Shown here in pieces: positions 8,199-16,400 of a stretch of 64,000 nt of DNA. Location: contig CAWDOD010000002.1 of the NCBI GenBank assembly GCA_963803805.1, positions 288,001-352,000 of the forward strand, given 5' to 3'. The translations under genes were made by a program, and so were the position numbers. Numbering within the stretch: position 1 is the first letter of the stretch; each line of letters opens with the position of its first letter. The notes under the pieces are model-generated. The model was not told the origin of the DNA and made no database searches. It saw only the letters and a program-made list of their open reading frames with translations. Origin of the DNA: an uncultured cyanobacterium (GTDB taxonomy: Bacteria; Cyanobacteriota; Cyanobacteriia; Cyanobacteriales; CAWCAG01).

Positions 8199-8894
8199 AT
8201 GATGACTACTGCAACCCAGTCAATCTCAATTTTGTTAGTGGATGACCAACCTCTATTCCGCCAGGGGCTGCGTACTTTGCTAAATTTTTATGGCGAAAGT
8301 GGTTCTTTGCAATTTAATATTGTTGGTGAAGGGGCTACGGTAGAACAAGCTGTTAAACTTACGGTGCAACAAAATCCTTCCTTGATATTATTAGATTTAG
8401 AATTAGCTCATGGTAGCGGTATTCATGCCCTGCTACGTTTAAGAGAGTTATCCTATAAAGGAAGAGTATTAGTTCTTTCTGCCCACAGGGAAGACGAATG
8501 GGTCTTTAAAGCTATGCAAGCAGGAGCAAAAGGCTATGTATTTAAGGATTACCTAGCTAGTCAACTTTGTGAAGCAATTTCTACAGTAATGAGGGATGAG
8601 GTCTATTTAGCCCCAGAGGTAGCTACCAGCTTTTTTAGAATGTTTCACTTCTATGCAGGCAATTCTTTTAAAACGGCTTCCAACCTCAACTTAACTGAAA
8701 GAGAACAAGAAGTCCTACATTGGCTAGTGCAGGGTTCTTCAAATGACCAAATTGCCCGTAAACTGCACGTTACAGTAGCTACAGTCAAAGCTCATTTAAC
8801 TTCTATTTTTGATAAATTAAGTGTAAGAAGTCGAACCCAAGCAATTATTAAAGCGTTAAAACTAGGGCTAGTAGGGGCAACTATCGTACCCTAG
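8199..8894 (+). CDS. NarL/FixJ-family response regulator (REC + LuxR HTH)
   Basis: LLVDDQPLFRQGL, LLDL, GAKGYVFK, LTEREQEVL...TVKAHLTSIFDKL.V.SRTQA. Confidence 0.93.
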   Translation: MMTTATQSISILLVDDQPLFRQGLRTLLNFYGESGSLQFNIVGEGATVEQAVKLTVQQNPSLILLDLELAHGSGIHALLRLRELSYKGRVLVLSAHREDEWVFKAMQAGAKGYVFKDYLASQLCEAISTVMRDEVYLAPEVATSFFRMFHFYAGNSFKTASNLNLTEREQEVLHWLVQGSSNDQIARKLHVTVATVKAHLTSIFDKLSVRSRTQAIIKALKLGLVGATIVP

Positions 8895-9000
8895 TGCTTT
8901 GTCCTATATTTTAAGGAAGTGATGAAGAGAATAAAACTATTCCCTATTCCTTACTCTCTGGGCGAAGGCCCTTTGCCCCCACTCCCCACTCCCTTCTAAA

Positions 9001-10299
9001 ATGAGTAATTATCTAGCAATTGCCACCGTAACTGCTGTTTTACAGAGAACCTTAATCAAGGCAATAGAAGCAGATATAGAGGGTGTAAGAGTAACTACCA
9101 ACCGTCCTGATAACCCTGGCGGTGGCATACCAGAAACCAGAGTTAATCTTTATCTTTATCAAGCCGAACTCAATGAAGTGTGGCGCAATAGTGCCAACAT
9201 GAGAGCAAACCGTAATCGTCAAGGAGAGTCTGCTAAGCAAAATCGTACCGCTTTCGATCTGCACTATATGATTAGCTTTTACGGTAACGATGCGGAATTA
9301 AAGCCCCAGCGTCTTATGGGAAGTGCAATACAAGCTCTTACAGATAAACCCATTATTACCACAGACATGATCAAAGGTGCTACTGATGATTCTAGCTTTG
9401 CTTATTTAGCGGAAAATACTCTCATTGAACAGGTAGAACAAATCAAATTTATACCCTTAGATTTATCGGTAGAGGATTTATCTAAAATTTGGTCAATATT
9501 TTTTCAAACTCCCTATACTTTATCTATTGCCTATCGTGTTACGGCAGTAGTTATTGAAGGACATAAACCTGCTCAAAAATCTTTGCCTGTTACAGACCGC
9601 AGTACTGGGGGCATAGCACCTTTTCCTAACCAGCCTATTATTGAAAGTATCGAATCAGAAGTCGGTAGATTTGAACCAATTTTAGCAAGTAGTATCTTAA
9701 CGATTAAAGGACAAAATTTGCAAGGTCAAATCACTCAGGTTTTAGTGGGGAATTTTGAAGCGACACCAACAGAGGTAAATGACACTGAAGTAAAATTTGA
9801 TCTTGGTTTCTTACCTAGCCCCGCTTTAAAAGTAGGAGTACAGAGTTTGCAAATAATTCATCGTTTTAACCCTGGTCAAGTTCCCCAAATTATTACTCCT
9901 CAAACTAAGTCTATGACTGTTGTAGAGTCTAATGTCATGCCTTTTGTAGTACGTCCTAGTATCAAAGAAATTAAGGTAGAAAATTTACAAGGTCGTCGTG
10001 ATGAATCCCGTTCTGGAGATTTAGTTATTCAAACCGATGTCTCCATTGCTAAAGAACAGCGCATACTTATATCTCTAAATGAGTGGTCAACCGATGATCC
10101 AGCAACTTATATGTTTAAAAGTCCCCACTCTCGTTCTGGAGATACTCAAACTATCACTGTGCCAATTAATCAAGTTCAAGCAGGACAATATTTAGTTCGC
10201 CTCCATGTTGATGGGGCAGAAAGTCCTTTAGAAAGAGATACAGACCCCGATAGTCCTACCTTTAATTGGTATGTTAGACCTAAAGTTTTAATTGCTTAA
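9001..10299 (+). CDS. DUF4255/Pvc16(Afp16)-like CIS cap/terminator protein with C-terminal Ig/IPT-like extension
   Basis: MSNYLAIATVT, RVNLYLYQ, DLHYMISFYG, LSKIWSIF.QTPY.LS.AY; beta-rich C-terminal half. Confidence 0.85.
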   Translation: MSNYLAIATVTAVLQRTLIKAIEADIEGVRVTTNRPDNPGGGIPETRVNLYLYQAELNEVWRNSANMRANRNRQGESAKQNRTAFDLHYMISFYGNDAELKPQRLMGSAIQALTDKPIITTDMIKGATDDSSFAYLAENTLIEQVEQIKFIPLDLSVEDLSKIWSIFFQTPYTLSIAYRVTAVVIEGHKPAQKSLPVTDRSTGGIAPFPNQPIIESIESEVGRFEPILASSILTIKGQNLQGQITQVLVGNFEATPTEVNDTEVKFDLGFLPSPALKVGVQSLQIIHRFNPGQVPQIITPQTKSMTVVESNVMPFVVRPSIKEIKVENLQGRRDESRSGDLVIQTDVSIAKEQRILISLNEWSTDDPATYMFKSPHSRSGDTQTITVPINQVQAGQYLVRLHVDGAESPLERDTDPDSPTFNWYVRPKVLIA

Positions 10300-10323
10300 T
10301 CTTAAAAATCAAGGATAAGTATA

Positions 10324-10551
10324 ATGTACCGTATTAGAATTCCTGGTTTAGGTTTTATTCACAAACAATGGCAAGATGAAGAACCGAGGTTTTGCAGTGC
10401 TAAGACTAAAGCGAAAACTTGGAAAAGCCTGAAGGGAGCAATGGATTTTGGCAATCAAAAACTCACTCCTAAAGTTAAAATGGCTTGGGAGTTATGGCAA
10501 GAAGCTGATGAAGTATTAACTCCTGTATTTCGCCCTCGATCTGGTAAATAA
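10324..10551 (+). CDS. Small basic hypothetical protein
   Basis: 75-aa ORF with SD-like AAGGA, directly after the DUF4255 gene. Confidence 0.6.
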   Translation: MYRIRIPGLGFIHKQWQDEEPRFCSAKTKAKTWKSLKGAMDFGNQKLTPKVKMAWELWQEADEVLTPVFRPRSGK

Positions 10552-10613
10552 TCACGAGACGAGGAGCAAGATTGGTGAGAGTGATTTTTGTTAATTAAAA
10601 TAAGGTAAGAAAG

Positions 10614-10841
10614 ATGGAAGATCAAGATTTAAACGAACAAAAAGATGAGCAAGAGAAGGAAGAGGAGGTTCTTAGTTTAAATAAGTTAACTGAACTAGGT
10701 AATCAAGCTATCAGTCAGGGGCTGATTTTTGGCCATGGCTATCGGGGTGGTAAATATGAAATTCTCCGCCAAGGAGAAGTTCTGTTAATGACTCCCCAAG
10801 AAGCGGAAACTTATTTACAAGAGTTAATTGACAGCATCTAA
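10614..10841 (+). CDS. Small acidic hypothetical protein
   Basis: 75-aa ORF, SD-like AAGGA, GHGYRGGKYEIL. Confidence 0.6.
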   Translation: MEDQDLNEQKDEQEKEEEVLSLNKLTELGNQAISQGLIFGHGYRGGKYEILRQGEVLLMTPQEAETYLQELIDSI

Positions 10842-10953
10842 CAAGCTGTTAGGCATTTAATTATTTTTTGATATTGACACCGGAGAATAGTATTCTGTCA
10901 ATTTCCAACTCGTTTTATTCTATAAAACAGGTAATAGCAAGCAGAGAAAAGTG

Positions 10954-11082
10954 ATGAATAGAGGAGACTTAACAGGCGAACAGTGGGATAGGTTAAAACC
11001 GCTACTCCTACCCCAAAAACCTTGAACAGGTAAGCCAAATAATGACCATAGAAGAGTGGTAAACGGGATTATGGGGAAATAG
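10954..11082 (+). pseudogene. IS5-family transposase N-terminal remnant (DUF4096-like)
   Basis: MNRGDLTGEQWDRLKPLLLPQKP*TGKPNNDHRRVVNGIM; internal TGA at 11023 and truncation. Confidence 0.75.
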
Positions 11083-11174
11083 GGAATTAGGGAAATTTAG
11101 CAACTAGCAACTAGCAATTACCAATTGTTGAACTAGAATAGTTACATAAGCTTCCAACAGATATTCTGAGGATA

Positions 11175-11549
11175 GTGGGTAATATGAAAAGATTAGGTAC
11201 AGCGATTTTATATTTGGTAGGATTAAGCTTAAGTAGTTCTACGGCAATTGCTCAAGAATTAGAACCAGATTTGCCTCCTAACTCTACAACATTAGGAAAT
11301 GAACCTGTAAGAATTGAGCCAAGTTCTTTATCTCCAACTGAGTTTCCTCCTCAACTAAATACAGTATCTTTACAAGAAGGTATTTATTATGAAACTAATC
11401 CTGTTTTAGGAGGGATTCAATACGAAGTTATTCTTGAACAAGTAACTCTCGAAGATGGAAATTGGAGTCACGGCGTGTTTCTTGATGAAAATTACCTCCA
11501 ACAAGATATACAGGATCGTAATGGAGTCTTTTTTAAGAATCAATTTTAG
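11175..11549 (+). CDS. Secreted hypothetical protein
   Basis: Signal-peptide-like N-terminus ending AIA-Q. Confidence 0.6.
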   Translation: MGNMKRLGTAILYLVGLSLSSSTAIAQELEPDLPPNSTTLGNEPVRIEPSSLSPTEFPPQLNTVSLQEGIYYETNPVLGGIQYEVILEQVTLEDGNWSHGVFLDENYLQQDIQDRNGVFFKNQF

Positions 11550-11564
11550 CTTAATGGCTAACGG

Positions 11565-13025
11565 CTAATTGCTAATAGTTTTCTTCCTGTCCTCTTTTAC
11601 CTCCTCTACTGGTAAGAAAACGCTAAAAGTAGTCTTTCCTGGTTGACTTTCTACTGAGATTTTACCTTGATGTTTATCAACAATCTTACGAACGATACTT
11701 AATCCTAAGCCACTACCTTCTCCTGGGCTTTTAGTGGTAAAGAACGGTTGAAAAATTTTCTCTTTTATTTCTGCTGGAATACCACAACCTGAATCAGTAA
11801 TTTTTACCACTATATAATTGTTTTGGGGCTGGACTTCTATACCTAACTTACCCTGATTTTTCATCCCTTGGATAGCATTGTAAATTAAATTGAGCCAAAC
11901 TTGTTTTATTTCATCGGGACAACAAAGTATTTTTGGAATAGTTTGGTAGCTTTTAGTTACCTCAATACCTTGCTTAAAACGAGTTTGTTGTAAATTCAAA
12001 ACTGCTTCTATACCTTCAGTTAAGTCAACTAGAAGTTTTGCGCTAGAATGTTCGTAATTAGCATAGGTTTTTAAAACAAACACTATTTTATTAGTTAACT
12101 CTGTTGCCTCTAAGATGGTTTTTGTATTGCGATATAAAGAGGTAATGTCATAAACAGTATTCAAAATTTGTTGGCAATTTTCTTCTTTTAAAAGGGGCAA
12201 AGTGAATTTCCACTCTTCATAAACACCTACACTAATTAAGATATTAGCTTTTAAGCTAGCATCCCTAATATTATGTGCTTTGAGTTGCTGAGTTAAAGAC
12301 TTCTTTAAACTGCGTTTTTCCCTAGAAGATAAGGAAAAAATATGGTTTTGTTGAGTCGCGATTTTTAATAAACTTAGAACTAGGACATGATATTGGGGAG
12401 GAAGTTCTTGGAAGAAGTCTGGTAATTGACTCAAGGTTTCTCTAAAAAAATAGAGGCTGTTTCCTGCTGAAGAACGAATTGCCGCTAGGGGGCTATTCAT
12501 TTCATGGGCAACTCCTGCTACTAATTGAGTTAAATGGCTTTCGCTTTCTTTTAACTGTTTAATTAGTTTAGCTTGTTGGCAATTTAATTGTTGTAATTGG
12601 GCATTCTGCTTTTCAAGTTGTTGAGATTGTAAATAGCTCTTGACTGCTTCTTTAATAGTCAAATTCAGGTCTTCAATTTGCCAAGGCTTAGCAATATAAC
12701 GATACAGTTGAGCTGAATTTATAGCATTAGTCACCCCTTCTATTTTTGCTTGGCCAGTGAGCATTATTTTGAGGGTTTGAGGTGAAACTTGATGAATTTT
12801 TTTTAAAACTTCATCCCCTTTTAAACCTGGCATAATATAGTCGGAGATTACTAGAGCAATTTCACAATTTTCTTCTAATAGTTCAGCCACTAAATCTAAT
12901 GCTTCTAACCCACCAATAGCAGTTTCAATTTCAAAATCATCTTCTAGTTCTTTTGATAGTTGTCTCCTTAAACTATCGAGAACAGTTTCTTCATCATCAA
13001 CGCACATAATAATAGGTTTATTCAT
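11565..13025 (-). CDS. Hybrid response regulator/histidine kinase (REC-HisKA-HATPase)
   Basis: CVDDE, ISDYIMP, AGVAHEMNSP, NLIYNA, DSGCGI, FFTTK, GSGLGL. Confidence 0.92.
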   Translation of the reverse strand: MNKPIIMCVDDEETVLDSLRRQLSKELEDDFEIETAIGGLEALDLVAELLEENCEIALVISDYIMPGLKGDEVLKKIHQVSPQTLKIMLTGQAKIEGVTNAINSAQLYRYIAKPWQIEDLNLTIKEAVKSYLQSQQLEKQNAQLQQLNCQQAKLIKQLKESESHLTQLVAGVAHEMNSPLAAIRSSAGNSLYFFRETLSQLPDFFQELPPQYHVLVLSLLKIATQQNHIFSLSSREKRSLKKSLTQQLKAHNIRDASLKANILISVGVYEEWKFTLPLLKEENCQQILNTVYDITSLYRNTKTILEATELTNKIVFVLKTYANYEHSSAKLLVDLTEGIEAVLNLQQTRFKQGIEVTKSYQTIPKILCCPDEIKQVWLNLIYNAIQGMKNQGKLGIEVQPQNNYIVVKITDSGCGIPAEIKEKIFQPFFTTKSPGEGSGLGLSIVRKIVDKHQGKISVESQPGKTTFSVFLPVEEVKEDRKKTISN

Positions 13026-13417
13026 AATTGTTCTAATCCTGATTTAATACATTTAATTAGTTCTGCTTCACTCCAGGGCTTGTTTAAATAAGCATGAATA
13101 TGACCTTCTGTTTTAGCACGTTCAATAGCTTCTGGGTCAGCTTGTCCTGTTAATAGTATTTTGACTACTTGGGGGAACTTATCATGTACTGCTACCAAAA
13201 ATTCATCTCCTTTCATTCCTGGCATTAACCAATCAGAAACTATGACAATAATATTACTTCCTTCTGCTTGTAATTCTTCAATGATTTCTAAAGCTTCTTC
13301 AGCACTTTCTGAGGTTTCGTAAACATAGCGCTCACCGAATGCTCCTTGCAATTGTCGAAGGAGGCTGTTTAGGATAATTACTTCGTCGTCGATACATATA
13401 ATAGCTAGTTCTGACAT
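13022..13417 (-). CDS. Single-domain response regulator
   Basis: CIDDE, VSDWLMPGMKG, LTGQ, KPW. Confidence 0.92.
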   Translation of the reverse strand: MSELAIICIDDEVIILNSLLRQLQGAFGERYVYETSESAEEALEIIEELQAEGSNIIVIVSDWLMPGMKGDEFLVAVHDKFPQVVKILLTGQADPEAIERAKTEGHIHAYLNKPWSEAELIKCIKSGLEQL

Positions 13418-13454
13418 GATTGGATAAGGGGTAATGAAAAGTTATTTTATGGGG

Positions 13455-16400
13455 TTAAACTGGTAGGGAAACTGTGAAAGTGGTTTTTCCTGGTATAGAG
13501 GTAAAATCAATTTCTCCTTGATGCTTTTTAACAATCTTTTTAACAATATCTAAACCTAAACCACTTCCTTCTCCTGGAGGTTTTGTGGTGAAGAAAGGTT
13601 GGAATATTTTGCTTTGTATTTCTGTCGGTATGCCTTCACCACTATCTGTAATACTTACTTTAATTTGCTCCTCTTCTTGCCAAGCAGTAATGGTTAAAGT
13701 GCCTTTGTTACTCATTGCTTGAAAAGCATTATGAATTAAATTTGTCCAAACTTGATTGAGTTCATCAAAATAGCATTGAATTGGTGATATATGTTGATAA
13801 TCACAAACTAATTTTACCCCTTGTTTAAAATGATTTTGATACAAGGTTAAAACGGCATTAATGCCGTCAAGAATATTAATTGTTCTCTTCTCTCCACTTT
13901 GGTCATAATGGGCATAGGTTTTTAAAGCAAAAACTACTTTTGCTGCTCGATCAGAAGCTAAGTTAATATCTCTAGTACTTTGTTGTAAACGAGCAAACTG
14001 CCGCACAATCTTCAAAAAACCTTCACTGTCTGATTCTTTTAACACAGGGAAAAATGGTTCTATATTTGCATAAATTCCTAAATCAATAAATAAATTAGCT
14101 AAGTTACTCGCTTTGGCAATTTTCTCAGCTTCTAAAACACTGGTTACAGCCTTTCTTAACTTCCTCCTTTCCCTACCGGAAACCATCAGGGTATTTTCCT
14201 GAGAAAGTTGCAATAGAGTCAAAAAAGTTGCTTGTTGTTGCTCAGAAAGACTTTGGAAAAATTCTGGAAGTTGGGTTAATTGTTGCGCTAGAAAATCGCC
14301 AATATACTGCACCGAAGAACGAATAGCCCCCAAGGGAGTATTAATTTCGTGGGCAACACCAGCCACAAGCTGCCCCAAGGCTGCCATTTTCTCAGCTTGG
14401 ATTAATTCATCTTGGGTGGCTTCTAGTTCCCTTAAAGTTGTAGAAAGTTTTGCGGTGCGTTCAGCAACTTTTTGTTCTAGGTTGTTATAAAGTCGGGCAT
14501 TATCAATAGCGATGGCAGCTTCTCCTGAGAGGAGTTGTAATATCTGCAATCTCTCGGAGGTGAAGGCTCCTGTGGTAAGATTATTTTCTAAGTAAAGGAT
14601 GCCACTAAGTTTGCCTTGGTTAATTAAAGGGGTACAAAGGATCGATTTTGGTTGCTGGTTTTTGATGTAGGGATCATTGCTGAATTGAGCTTGTGCTATG
14701 GCATTGTCTAAAACCACATCTTTATGAGTGTGCCACACATAGTTGACAATGCTTCGTGCCAGGTTGGGATTATGTTTTAGGGAAATAGATTCAAGGATGC
14801 TTGCTTGTTGTTGATCAATTCTCTTGGCAGCTTCGATGAATAATCTGCCCTTAGTTTCCAAGATTAAATAACCGGTTTGCGCCCCAGCATTGGTAATCAG
14901 AATAACCATTAATTTTTCAAGCAACTTCGGTAAGACAATTTCCCCAGAAATAGCTTGAGAAGCCTGGAGGACAGCCCCTAAATCCAGTTGGCTTGTGAGA
15001 GTTTTGCTGGTAGTTGTGATGTTAGTATTGCTGATGTGACTGAGGGCAGGAGGTTTAGTTTGCAGTTGAGGATATTGTGTTTGCAAAGCTTGAACTTTTG
15101 CTGTTGCTCCCCATTTTAGATAGCAGTGGTAAGCTTCTTTGAGGTAATCTAGGGCTAGTCGAGGTTTGCCCCAATCAAAGTAGAATTTAGCTGCCAATTC
15201 ATTAGCCAGGGCTTCTTCATTAAGATACTGATTTTCTTTAGCTTGGGCAATAGCAAGGTCATAATAATCTATGGCTGCTGACTTATCCCCTACAACGTGA
15301 TACCTTTGGGCTTCTACCAAGGAAAATTTGTGCAAGAAGTTGCTAGGACAGCGATTCGCCCATTGCTCCATCTTCTCTTGGTTCACCTTAACTTGCCACA
15401 ATAACTCTTCTGATTGTGGTTGTGCTAATTGAATCAAAGCATCGTAGAAGTAAAATAAGGGAATACTGAGGGTTGCTGTCACTCCATCTAAATACTGCTT
15501 TGCTTTAGTGATGTTCTCTGCTGCCTGTTGATACTCCTCAAAAAGATAATGTAGGAAAGCTTTGTTAAAATACAAATAATAAAGAGCAGTTTTATCATTA
15601 GCTTCCTGGTGCAAGGGTAACATCTTAACTTCATCATAAGCTTCTCCCTGTAAAAGACAAGGCTGTTGGGATTGTCCCCGTAAATTCAAAACTACCTGGT
15701 AATAAACTTGGTGATAATTTAAGGCTGTTTCTTGTTTAAGTTGGGCGATCGCCTCACTATACTTAGCCATACCTGTTGCCAATGTCCCCAATTCCTCTCC
15801 TAAGAAAAATTTGTGCAGCCAGTACACCGCCGCACAATAAGCACCATATTCTACATCCCCCGTTTCCCAAGCACTCTTGTATGCCTCTTGTAAAGGTTGT
15901 AAGGTATTGCTAAGGGGTTCTCGCCAATGACAAAGAAAGCTATAAACTATTTGCATAGTTCTAGTTTTTACTTTTCTGGCATTGTCGCGTTCCAACAATC
16001 CTAAAGCAAGTTGCCCAAATTGATACCCCAATTCAAAATCTTCTTTAATGCCGCATAAAATTAGTCCGTAGGTAGCATAGGCGAAAGCAGACACCGCAGC
16101 ATTACCATACTTAATTGACAAGCTAACCTGGCGACAAACAATTAAGGGAAACATAGCCGGAACTGCTTGAAATGCCGCAGAAAAAACATTACCGAGAATT
16201 TTTATCGCTACTAGCTTTGCGGGATCTTTCATCTCCGGCAATTGCAGTAATTCCAAAGGTTGCTTACCTTGCAAGTCCACTTCTGCAAAAGCTTGTTGCA
16301 AGTCAGCTTCACCTGGTTGTTGAGGAAACTCAACTCCCAACTGCTTCAGAAAAACCAGGGCGGTTTGCCATGCTTCTAGCTGTTTGTTTTGCGCCATGGC

